From: Candidatus Eiseniibacteriota bacterium
GTDB taxonomy: Bacteria; Eisenbacteria; RBG-16-71-46; JABDJR01; JAWXBZ01
Reading direction: 5' to 3'
Assembly: GCA_034440375.1 (NCBI GenBank)
Contig: JAWXBZ010000166.1
Span: forward strand, 1 to 20,779
Length of the DNA: 20,779 nt
Positions within the stretch are counted from its first letter, which is position 1. Every line of letters begins with the position of its first letter. The notes beneath the pieces were generated by a model that saw only the letters and a program-made list of their open reading frames with translations, was not told the origin of the DNA and did no database searches. Below, in pieces: positions 1 to 8,481 of this stretch. The translations under genes were made by a program, and so were the position numbers.

Positions 1-525
1 CGATTTGGACAGGAGCCGGGCCAGGTAAACAATGAGCCCCACGCGGGCCACTTCGATCGGCTGGAACCGGAACGGTCCCACTTCCAGCCAGCGCTGGCTC
101 CCGTTGCTGACCTCGCCGATACCGGGCAGGAAAACGGCGGCAAGCAGGAGGGCCGAACCAACGGCGATCCAGGGGGCCCAGGTCGACAGAATCCGGTAGT
201 CCGATCGGATGGCCACGACCATCAGCAGAAGGCCCATCAGGCCACGCAATCCCTGGGCCGAGAAGCGGCCGAAAGGATCGCCATGCGCGGTTTGCGCCGT
301 AAAGCTGGTGGAGGAAAGGACCATCAACAGCCCGATCCCGAGAAGGGAAAGGACGGCCAGGAGCAGCAGCCAGTCGATTCGATCCCTGTGCATTTCAACC
401 GGCAGGATGATGTTCGATCGGTCCTTGCCCATCGGCTCTTCCAACATCGAGGTTCCGATTTGCCGCACGAAGCGGCGACCGGAATTGAATCCCCAGCGGG
501 CGATGGGAATGATGTATTCCGTCAT
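1..525 (-). CDS. ftsW: FtsW (SEDS-family peptidoglycan glycosyltransferase), N-terminal part, truncated by the window edge
   Basis: Not in the ORF track because it has no stop in the window. Hand translation from ATG 525 (ATGA overlap with the murD stop): MTEYIIP...DRIDWLLLLAVLSLLGIGLLMVLSSTS...NGSQRWLEVGPFRFQPIEVARVGLIVYLA. It matches the SEDS motifs GLxMVxSxS and NGxxRW...QPxE and follows murD as expected. Alternative starts at 432 and 393. Confidence 0.93.
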   Translation of the reverse strand, partial: MTEYIIPIARWGFNSGRRFVRQIGTSMLEEPMGKDRSNIILPVEMHRDRIDWLLLLAVLSLLGIGLLMVLSSTSFTAQTAHGDPFGRFSAQGLRGLMGLLLMVVAIRSDYRILSTWAPWIAVGSALLLAAVFLPGIGEVSNGSQRWLEVGPFRFQPIEVARVGLIVYLARLLSKS

Positions 526-1913
526 GGCAGGAACCTTTCCGCACCCAGTTGAACCACCAGTTTCTTGAATTGCCGACCACGATCCTCGTAATCCTGGAAC
601 ATGTCGAAGGAGGCGCACCCCGGCGAGAGAAGCACGACGGCACCCCGCGCGGCCGCCTCCTGATAGGCGGATTCCACCGCCCTTTCGAAGGAGGTCCCGG
701 CCGACACCCAGTCACTGACCACGTGGCTCCAGGCCTTCCGGATCGTGGTGGCGGCTTCGCCGATCGTCACCACCAGGGCCACATGCTCGGAAACGACCGG
801 GGCGAGTGCCGGAAAATCACCTTTCTTGTCCCGGCCGCCGGCGATCAGCACCACCGGCTCCGTGAACGAGGCCAGTGCCACCGCCAGGCTGTCCGTATTC
901 GTTGCCTTGGAATCGTTGTAAAAGCGGACTCCGTTGAGCTCGCCCAGGTACTCGAGACGATGCTCGAGGCCACGGAAATCCTCGAGCCCGCGGACAAAAC
1001 GCGGGTCTGTCACATCAACACCGAGCCCGTGCAGCGCCGCGATCGCGGCCAGGGCGTTCTGCACATTGTGGGGTCCGGGAATACCCAGCCGGCTGGCCGG
1101 AACCAGCGGCACGAATCCGGCCACCGTTTCCAGGCCGAGCTGCCCATCCACAAGCCGCGCCCCGGCAGAACCAGCAACCGGGCCCCCGAATGTGAGGAGC
1201 CGGGCGGAAAGTCGGGGGGCCCAGCTCATGAGCAACGGATCGGCGGCATTCAACACCGCCACGTCATCCGGGGTTTGCCGAAGGAAGAGCCGTTCCTTGG
1301 CCGCGTAGTAATCGGCCACCGAGTCATATCGGTCGAGATGATCCGGTGCGAGGTTCAATGCGACGCCGACGGTCGGACGAAAGGTGTCGGTCGTCTCGAG
1401 CTGGAACGACGAGACCTCCACGACCAGCACGCCCTCCGCGGGCACCGTCTCGACAACGGCGCTGAGCGCCGTGCCGACATTTCCGGCCACGACGACCGGT
1501 CGAGCCATCGCCTGAAGCAGGTGGCCGATCCAGGTGACGGTCGTCGACTTCCCGTTGGTGCCGGTCACCGCAATGATCGGAGCCCTGGCGAAACGGGCGG
1601 CCAATTCGAGCTCGCCGATGATCGGCAGGCCGCGCCGGCTGGCCTCCGCCACCAGCGGTGCCGACCGCGGCACGCCAGGCGAAAGAACGATGGCATCGAC
1701 GCCGTCGAGCACGACGGCACCGGGATCGTCCGCGTGGAGAACCAGGCCATCGGCTTCGAGTGCCCGGGCAAAGGCGCCGAGGGCCGACGCCCCCCTGGCA
1801 TCCGCGCCGGACACCCGCGCGCCATGATTGAGGAGAAGCCGCGCAATGCCAACACCGCTCCTGGCCAGCCCCACCACCAGGAAGTGCCGACCGCGAACGT
1901 CCGTTCCGATCAT
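522..1913 (-). CDS. murD: UDP-N-acetylmuramoyl-L-alanine:D-glutamate ligase
   Basis: Motifs VVGLARSG, SPGVP, GTNGKSTT, EVSSFQLE, NLAPDHLDRY, NDSKATN, LLSPGCASFDMF. Start placed at ATG 1913 (GAGGG 7 nt upstream). The in-frame ATG 1979 overlapping the mraY stop is an alternative. Confidence 0.97.
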   Translation of the reverse strand: MIGTDVRGRHFLVVGLARSGVGIARLLLNHGARVSGADARGASALGAFARALEADGLVLHADDPGAVVLDGVDAIVLSPGVPRSAPLVAEASRRGLPIIGELELAARFARAPIIAVTGTNGKSTTVTWIGHLLQAMARPVVVAGNVGTALSAVVETVPAEGVLVVEVSSFQLETTDTFRPTVGVALNLAPDHLDRYDSVADYYAAKERLFLRQTPDDVAVLNAADPLLMSWAPRLSARLLTFGGPVAGSAGARLVDGQLGLETVAGFVPLVPASRLGIPGPHNVQNALAAIAALHGLGVDVTDPRFVRGLEDFRGLEHRLEYLGELNGVRFYNDSKATNTDSLAVALASFTEPVVLIAGGRDKKGDFPALAPVVSEHVALVVTIGEAATTIRKAWSHVVSDWVSAGTSFERAVESAYQEAAARGAVVLLSPGCASFDMFQDYEDRGRQFKKLVVQLGAERFLP

Positions 1914-1975
1914 CGATCGACCCTCATTCACTGAAGCCTGAATTCCTGAGCGCCGTTCATCCATGACCCCGATCG

Positions 1976-3058
1976 TCATTGAAGTTTGAGGGTGGACAGA
2001 GACAGAAGCGCAAAAAGCGCCGCCACAATCCAGAACCGCACCACCACCTTCGTCTCCGCCCACCCGGACAACTCGAAATGGTGGTGCAGCGGAGCCATCT
2101 TCAGGATGCGCTTCCGGCGCAGCTTGAAGGAGGCCACCTGCAGAATGACGGACAACGCCTCGAGGACGAAGATGCCGCCAATCACCACCAGGAGAAATTC
2201 ACGTTTTATCAGTACCGCCACCGTGCCAAGGGCGCCGCCCAGTGCCAGGCTCCCGGTATCGCCCATGAAGACGGACGCCGGGTGCGTGTTGAACCAGAGG
2301 AAACCGAGCGAGGCCCCGACCATCGCGGCCAGGAACACCGTCAGTTCACCCGCCTCGCGCACGAAGAGGATGTTCAGATACTCGCTGAACCGGGCATGAC
2401 CCGACAGGTACGCCAGTCCGGCGAAGGCCGCGGCTGCCATGGCCGCCGTGCCGGTGGCCAGGCCGTCGAGCCCGTCGGTCAGATTGACCGCATTCGACGC
2501 ACCCGTGATGACCAATGCCACGAAGGGGATGTAGAAAATCCCCAGGTCGAGAAAGACATTTTTGAGGAAGGGGATGCTCGTCACGGTGGTGGCCGTCGGA
2601 TGCACCGGATTCAGATAGATATAGGTGCCGAGGCCAAGACCGAGCGCCAGTTGACCGGCAATCTTGTACCGGCCGAGGAGCCCCTTCGACATCTTCTGGA
2701 TCTTGAGCCAGTCATCGAGAAAACCGATTGCCCCCAGCCAGAGAGTGGAGCCGAGCGCGATCAATACCAGGCGGTTCTCAAGATTTCCCCACAATAGAGT
2801 GGGGATAACCAGCGCGGCCAGTATCAGGAGCCCCCCCATCGTGGGGGTTCCTTCCTTGGTGTAATGACTGCTCGGTCCGTCCCGCCGGATGATCTGGCGC
2901 ATCCGGACTTGCTGCAGCCAGCGGATCAGGGGTGGCCCCAGTGCGAACGAGAGGAGCAGCGCCGTCACGCCGGCGTACGCCGATCGAAACGTGATGTAGC
3001 GAATCACATTGAAGACCGACACATCCTCGTGCAGTGGGTAGAGAAGCCAGAGGAGCAT
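1976..3058 (-). CDS. mraY: Phospho-N-acetylmuramoyl-pentapeptide transferase
   Basis: KEGTPTMGG, FLDDWLK, SNAVNLTDGLDGL, FMGDTGSLALG, MAPLHHHFE; 360-aa polytopic membrane protein. Confidence 0.98.
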   Translation of the reverse strand: MLLWLLYPLHEDVSVFNVIRYITFRSAYAGVTALLLSFALGPPLIRWLQQVRMRQIIRRDGPSSHYTKEGTPTMGGLLILAALVIPTLLWGNLENRLVLIALGSTLWLGAIGFLDDWLKIQKMSKGLLGRYKIAGQLALGLGLGTYIYLNPVHPTATTVTSIPFLKNVFLDLGIFYIPFVALVITGASNAVNLTDGLDGLATGTAAMAAAAFAGLAYLSGHARFSEYLNILFVREAGELTVFLAAMVGASLGFLWFNTHPASVFMGDTGSLALGGALGTVAVLIKREFLLVVIGGIFVLEALSVILQVASFKLRRKRILKMAPLHHHFELSGWAETKVVVRFWIVAALFALLSLSTLKLQ

Positions 3059-3059
3059 G

Positions 3060-4460
3060 TCAGCGCTCCTCGTCAGGCTGAGATGCGACCGATGTCTCGA
3101 CGGCCCGGACCAGCCGGTCGAGTGCCATCCCGCGCGACCCCTTCACCAGGATCAGATCGCCGGGTAAGAGCGCCGGCGGAATTGATGAGAGCAGGCTTTC
3201 CAGGTCAGGCACGACATGCGCCGCGCTGCCGGCCAGCCCGGCCTCGACGGCCGCCGCCGCCACTTCGGATGCGGACGGCCCGATAACCCAGAGGGCATCG
3301 ACAAAACTCGCCGCGGCCCCGACCTCGCGGTGCATCGAAAGGGAGGTCTGTCCGAGTTCGAGCATCTCCCCGAGCACCGCCACACGGCGACCGGTATGCG
3401 GCGCCTCCCGCAGCAGATCGAGCGCGGCGCGCATCGAGTCCGGGTTGGCGTTGTAACTGTCGTCGATGATCGTGAGGGGGCCGAAGCGGCGAACCTCCAT
3501 CCGGCCGGTCACGGGCCGCACGTTCGCGAGCGCCCGGACAGCGGCGTCCGGCGCCACGCCCAGTACCTGACTCACGGCGAGCGCGGCGAGGGCGTTGAGC
3601 ACATTATGCCTTCCCGGGATGGCCAGATGGACGCGGCCAAAGCCGTCCACGTCAAACTCGCTGCCGAGGAGCCCCGTCTCGTTGATGTGTGACGCGGACA
3701 GGTTCGGCGTCGGGCCGAGGCCAAAAGTCACCACATGCGCCGCGCAACCCTTGTTCACCTCGCGCAGCAACCCGTCGTCGCCGAAGTAGATGAGCGTATC
3801 CGATGGCCCCAGCGCCTCGGCGATTTCGCTCTTGGCGCGGACCACCGCCTCGCGACTGCCGAGCCCCAGCAGGTGGGCCCGCCCGGCATTAGTGATCACG
3901 GCCACGGTGGGGCGGGCCATGGCGGCCAGCGCCCGGATCTCCCCTTCACGGCTCATTCCCATTTCAACGACGGCGGCCCGGTGCGCGGGTTCCAGCCCGA
4001 GGAGAGTCAGCGGCACGCCGATATGGTTGTTGAGATTCCCGGCCGTGCGGTGAATCGGGCCGAGCGGAGCGAGCACGGCCGCGATCATCTCCTTGCTGGT
4101 CGTCTTGCCGTTGGAACCGGTCAACCCGACGAGCGGGATGTCGAATCGATCGCGATGAGCCAGCGCCAGCGAGCCGAGGGCGGCCACGGGGTCGGCTACC
4201 ACGAGCTGCGGGATCGAGACCGCCCGTGGCGTCTTGACGATGGCCGCCGCCGCACCGGCCGCCGCCACCTGGTCCAGAAAGTCATGCCCGTCGAAGCGCT
4301 CACCGGACAGAGCCACGAAGAGCTGCCCCGGCACCATCCCGCGTGAGTCGGTCGTCACCCCGACCACGTCGGAGCCGCTGGTCATCCAGCGGCCACCGGT
4401 GATCCGGGCCAGTTCAGCCGCCGTGAAGGCGGCGCGGTTAGCGGGGAGAATCGAACCCAT
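3060..4460 (-). CDS. murF: UDP-N-acetylmuramoyl-tripeptide:D-Ala-D-Ala ligase
   Basis: TDSR, GERFDGHDF, TGSNGKTTSKEM, GNLNNHIGVPLTL, DDSYNANPDSM, LGEMLELG, LVKGSRG. Start trimmed to ATG 4460 (preceded by AAAGGGG; 23-nt overlap with murE). Confidence 0.96.
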   Translation of the reverse strand: MGSILPANRAAFTAAELARITGGRWMTSGSDVVGVTTDSRGMVPGQLFVALSGERFDGHDFLDQVAAAGAAAAIVKTPRAVSIPQLVVADPVAALGSLALAHRDRFDIPLVGLTGSNGKTTSKEMIAAVLAPLGPIHRTAGNLNNHIGVPLTLLGLEPAHRAAVVEMGMSREGEIRALAAMARPTVAVITNAGRAHLLGLGSREAVVRAKSEIAEALGPSDTLIYFGDDGLLREVNKGCAAHVVTFGLGPTPNLSASHINETGLLGSEFDVDGFGRVHLAIPGRHNVLNALAALAVSQVLGVAPDAAVRALANVRPVTGRMEVRRFGPLTIIDDSYNANPDSMRAALDLLREAPHTGRRVAVLGEMLELGQTSLSMHREVGAAASFVDALWVIGPSASEVAAAAVEAGLAGSAAHVVPDLESLLSSIPPALLPGDLILVKGSRGMALDRLVRAVETSVASQPDEER

Positions 4461-5949
4461 CGTCCCCTTTCGGACCGTCCCAACCGAGTTCGCACAGGCG
4501 ACGCACCGCCTCTTCGCGATCGTCGAAGTGAATCGTGCGATCGCGCAGGATCTGGTACGGCTCGTGCCCTTTCCCGGCAATGACCACGGTGTCACCCGGC
4601 CGGGCGCCGCCGAGGGCCGAGTCGATGGCGGTCCGGCGATCAACTTCCACGTCGAACGAACCGCCGCCGTCACGGGCCCCAACGACAATTTCGGATACGA
4701 TCGACTCCGGCTCCTCGCTCCTCGGATTGTCGGACGTAATGATCGCGTGATCGGCCAACCGGGTGGCCAGAGCTCCCATGATCGGCCGCTTCGACCGGTC
4801 GCGATCGCCACCGCAGCCGAAGACGGCAATCAGCCGCCCGGTCGTGGCATGTCGGGCGGCCATCAGTACACGTTCGAGGGCATCGGGCGTGTGCGCGTAG
4901 TCGACGAGAACCAGAAATGGCTGGCCCCGATCGATTCGTTCCATCCGCCCGGGAACGCCATGCAGCGATTCGAGGCCGGTCCGGATCGCCTCCGGCTCGT
5001 AGCCCAACTCGGTCAGGATCGCCGCCGCACCCAGCGCATTCAGGACATTGAACGGACCGACCATGCCGAGGCGGAGCGCCAGCCGGCCGGCAGGCATCTC
5101 GACGACGACATCCGTTCCGGAACCGTCCATACGGGTTACCAGGGCGCGGTAGTCGGCTGGCGACTCGACGCCAAATGTCACGACCGTCGGGTCGGATTCC
5201 GTCGCCAGCCTTTGACCGAACGAGTCGTCGACGTTGATGGCGGCCACCACTTTCGCGTCGCTCCCGCGCTCGCCGGCGCGGAAAAGACGGCGCTTCGCCG
5301 CGTAGTACGATTCGAAATCATGGTGATAGTCGAGGTGGTCCCGAGTCAGATTGGTGAAGAGGACACCGCGAAAGTCGAGTCCAAAGGACCGGCGCTGCTC
5401 CAGGGCGTGGCTCGATACTTCCATCGCGCAGAGGTCAACACCGGCGACCACCATCTTTGCCAGCAGATCCTCCAGCACCGGCGCTTCCGGCGTCGTGTGC
5501 GGGGCGTCAATCGTCGTGCCGTTGATGTCGTAGCCAACGGTGCCGATCCGCCCGGTCGCGCGGCCGGCTGCGGCCGCTCCGGCCGTCAGGAAGTGGGTCG
5601 TCGTCGTCTTGCCGTTCGTGCCGGTCACGCCGATCAGATCGAGCTTCCGGCTGGGCCAGTCGTGCCATGCCGCGGCCACCCGGGCCAGCGCCTCGCGCGA
5701 ATCGTCGACCAGGAGAACCGGGACCGGAACGCCGGGCTCGGGCATCCGTTCGGCCACCACGGCGGCGGCGCCGCGATCGACCGCCGCCCTGGCGAATTGA
5801 TGCCCATCGGCGAGCAGACCGCTGCGGGCCACGAAGAGATCACCGGGCCGAGTCGTCCGCGAATCGAACGACATGCCGGTGATGGCCGCCGGTCTCTCGC
5901 CGACCAGCCTGGCCCCTGGAAGCAAGGCCATGAGTTCAACGCCCGTCAT
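4438..5949 (-). CDS. murE: UDP-N-acetylmuramoyl-L-alanyl-D-glutamate:2,6-diaminopimelate ligase
   Basis: GVTGTNGKTT, HTTPE, MEVSSHAL, TNLTRDHLDYH, DYAHTPDAL, FGCGGDRD, AGKGHE. The DNPR motif is the established meso-DAP specificity signature. Start ATG 5949 with GGGAGG upstream. Confidence 0.97.
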   Translation of the reverse strand: MTGVELMALLPGARLVGERPAAITGMSFDSRTTRPGDLFVARSGLLADGHQFARAAVDRGAAAVVAERMPEPGVPVPVLLVDDSREALARVAAAWHDWPSRKLDLIGVTGTNGKTTTTHFLTAGAAAAGRATGRIGTVGYDINGTTIDAPHTTPEAPVLEDLLAKMVVAGVDLCAMEVSSHALEQRRSFGLDFRGVLFTNLTRDHLDYHHDFESYYAAKRRLFRAGERGSDAKVVAAINVDDSFGQRLATESDPTVVTFGVESPADYRALVTRMDGSGTDVVVEMPAGRLALRLGMVGPFNVLNALGAAAILTELGYEPEAIRTGLESLHGVPGRMERIDRGQPFLVLVDYAHTPDALERVLMAARHATTGRLIAVFGCGGDRDRSKRPIMGALATRLADHAIITSDNPRSEEPESIVSEIVVGARDGGGSFDVEVDRRTAIDSALGGARPGDTVVIAGKGHEPYQILRDRTIHFDDREEAVRRLCELGWDGPKGDDGFDSPR

Positions 5950-8053
5950 GGGCCTCCCGCAGGGCCAGGTCGGACGGATTGCCCAGGAACAGCGTGACAA
6001 TACCATCGTGAAACGACGTGACCGGCTGCCCCGCTGCCGGAAACTGACGCACGACGACGCTACTCCCGCCGACGGGGCACGGCACGAATCCGGCCTGGCT
6101 TACCGCCATCGACGCCTCGCGAAGGGAGAGGCCGACCAGGACGGGTGCCAGTCCATCGATGGCAGGGGCCAGGAGGCCGGGGTCGACCGACATCGAGTCA
6201 AGGGCCGCGGCGCGCGCCGCCTGATCGTATTCCGTCAGACGTCGGGCCACGGAGACGGTTTCGGCGACCGCCGCCTCAAGTGTGAGTGTCGGCGCCAGCG
6301 AATTCCGCCGGGACTTGCCCGCCTCACCCTTGCTTGCGATCTCGTTCTTCGGCACCCGGATGGTTTCGTAGTCCGGGCGGAGCAACGGGTGATCCAGTCT
6401 CGAAGCGGCTTCCAGTATCTCCCGAAAGAGCGGGGCGGCCGTTCCGCCGCCGTAAATGTCCCCCTTCGGCTCGTCGATGACCGCATAACAGAGAATGCGG
6501 GGCCGATCGGCCGGCGCCACGCCGACAAAGGACGCGTAATGCCTGGACACATACCCGCCGGCGGCCTGATCGTACTTGCGGGCGGTGCCGGTCTTGCCGC
6601 CGACGGCGCACCAGTCGACGGCACCTTTCCGGCCGGTCCCCTCTTCCACCGTTTTTTTCATGAAGTCGAGCATCGTCGCCGCGGTTTTTTCGGTCACGGC
6701 CCGGCGGACTTCCTGCGGCGGGATGGAACGCAACTTGCCGTCGACATCACACACCGCCCGAACCAGTCGCGGCTTCATCAGGATTCCCTTGTTGGCCAGG
6801 GCGGCGTAGGCCATCGCCATCTGGATGGGCGACACGCGAATTTCGTAACCGAAAGCCACCGTGGCCGCCGTCCGTCCGGACCACTTCTCCGGACGCTTTA
6901 GCGCACCCGGTGACTCGCCAAGCCCGATGCCGGTCCGCTCGGCAAAACCGAACCGTCGAAGGTAGTGATACATCTTGTCCGGCCCGAGCCGAAGTCCAAC
7001 CTGGGCCATGGCGATGTTCGAGGAGTGGACAAATGTATCGATGAACGGCAGCACGCCGAACCCCTCGTGATCGGTGATCGGTTTCCCCTGCAACATCCAC
7101 GACCCCATATGGCAGTCGATCGGCGTGTTCGGGCGATAGGCACCGTCCTCGAGGGCAGCGGCCGCCGTGATCGCCTTGATGGTCGAGCCCGGCTCGATCC
7201 CGTCGGCCAGCACCCGGTTCCGCTGGTGGCGGATGCTTTCGGGGCGGTCGTACCAGGTCGGGTCGAAGGAAGGCGAGTTGGCCAAAGCCAGGATGTCCCC
7301 CGTCTCGGGCTCGATGACAAGGACGTATCCCCCCTTGGCCTGGCAGCGCTCCACCGCGGCATCAAGCCGCTCGGCCACCACCTGCTGAAGTTCCGCGTCG
7401 ATTGACAGGATGAGGTCACTGCCTGCCACCGGTGGATTGCGGAAACTCTCGGCCTGGCGGTGCCCGCGGGCGTCGCGCAGGTAGGTCGTCCAGCCGGGAA
7501 AGCCGCGGAGCGTCTCGTCCCACTGCTTCTCGATCCCGTCGAGGCCCTCCTGGTCAACGCCGACGTAGCCGATCACGTGTGCGGCGGCCGCGCCGAAGGG
7601 ATAGATCCGCTTGGGATGGTGCTCCACGATCACGTTCGGGGGCAGATTGGCCAGATCGTCGCCGGTCAGGGCGGTGGCCTTGGGATTCAGTACCACCGCC
7701 CCCTTCCTCTGGGACAATTTCTTTTCGATGGCGCCGGCCGAAAGTTCCAGTATCTCCGCGAGGCACACGGCGATTTCCTTCCGTCCGGCCGCATCCAGGC
7801 GGTTGGCGTCGACGATCAGCGTGGGGTTATCCGCGGTATAGGACAGGTTCGTGCCATGGCGATCCTTGACCGCGCCCCGATGAGGTGCCAGGCGCTCACG
7901 CTCGAAGTGCTGGTCGTGGGCCAACGCGACGTACCGTGGGGCGTCGACAACTTGAATCCAGATCAGTCGGGCGGCCATCACGGCGGCAATGATCCCGCCG
8001 GCCAGACCGATGAGAGTGAGACGACCCCGACTTTCCCGGGGAGTTGCAATCAC
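5936..8053 (-). CDS. ftsI: Class B penicillin-binding protein FtsI/PBP3 with a C-terminal PASTA-like domain
   Basis: N-terminal TM helix, RGxxxDR pedestal motif, GLDGIE, catalytic SxxK (EPGSTIK), SxN (HSSNI) and KTG (GKTGTA). The C-terminal PVLVGLSLREA...VVRQFPAAG is PASTA-like. GTG start overlaps the ftsL stop (GTGA). Confidence 0.95.
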   Translation of the reverse strand: MIATPRESRGRLTLIGLAGGIIAAVMAARLIWIQVVDAPRYVALAHDQHFERERLAPHRGAVKDRHGTNLSYTADNPTLIVDANRLDAAGRKEIAVCLAEILELSAGAIEKKLSQRKGAVVLNPKATALTGDDLANLPPNVIVEHHPKRIYPFGAAAAHVIGYVGVDQEGLDGIEKQWDETLRGFPGWTTYLRDARGHRQAESFRNPPVAGSDLILSIDAELQQVVAERLDAAVERCQAKGGYVLVIEPETGDILALANSPSFDPTWYDRPESIRHQRNRVLADGIEPGSTIKAITAAAALEDGAYRPNTPIDCHMGSWMLQGKPITDHEGFGVLPFIDTFVHSSNIAMAQVGLRLGPDKMYHYLRRFGFAERTGIGLGESPGALKRPEKWSGRTAATVAFGYEIRVSPIQMAMAYAALANKGILMKPRLVRAVCDVDGKLRSIPPQEVRRAVTEKTAATMLDFMKKTVEEGTGRKGAVDWCAVGGKTGTARKYDQAAGGYVSRHYASFVGVAPADRPRILCYAVIDEPKGDIYGGGTAAPLFREILEAASRLDHPLLRPDYETIRVPKNEIASKGEAGKSRRNSLAPTLTLEAAVAETVSVARRLTEYDQAARAAALDSMSVDPGLLAPAIDGLAPVLVGLSLREASMAVSQAGFVPCPVGGSSVVVRQFPAAGQPVTSFHDGIVTLFLGNPSDLALREAHDGR

Positions 8054-8481
8054 CGTCCGTCCCGCTCTCCGGGCTGAAGGGTGTTCGTCCGCCGGCCGGC
8101 GGAAGTCGGGTCCGAGGCCAGGGCCTCGCCGACAAAGCCATCGAGCAGCGGATTGGCCGGGCGATCATCTCCGTCCTGAAACGACACGAGGATGATCCCA
8201 TCGGTCCGGATGTCCACGAGTCCCAGTGCGGCGGCACGCGGCAGCAGGGTGGCGCGGTTGGCCCGCTTTTGAAACTCGAAGCGCTCGGCCTCGAGGTCGG
8301 ATTTCAGTCGATCATGTCGGATCACGAGGTCCGAGTACGTCTGCGCCACCCCCTCGAACCGGACCTTTTGCCACACCACGCTCATTGCGGTGGACGACAG
8401 CACGACCAGCGTTGTCACGCCCCACACCCAGCCGCTTCGAAACGACCCCCCCCCATGGCCGCGCCTCCGGGCTGCGCACAT
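8050..8481 (-). CDS. ftsL: Cell division protein FtsL-like (start uncertain)
   Basis: Lies between rsmH and ftsI. Short N-terminus, one TM segment (WVWGVTTLVVLSSTAMSVVW), then a heptad-like segment ending RAAALGL. Called from synteny and topology rather than strong sequence recognition. Confidence 0.78.
   Translation of the reverse strand: MCAARRRGHGGGSFRSGWVWGVTTLVVLSSTAMSVVWQKVRFEGVAQTYSDLVIRHDRLKSDLEAERFEFQKRANRATLLPRAAALGLVDIRTDGIILVSFQDGDDRPANPLLDGFVGEALASDPTSAGRRTNTLQPGERDGR

Noticed and set aside
4461..4829. N-terminal extension of murF in the ORF track suggesting a long overlap or a MurE-MurF fusion
   Set aside because: murE has its own stop (4438-4440) in another frame, murF has a start with SD at 4460, and the extension is not protein-like.
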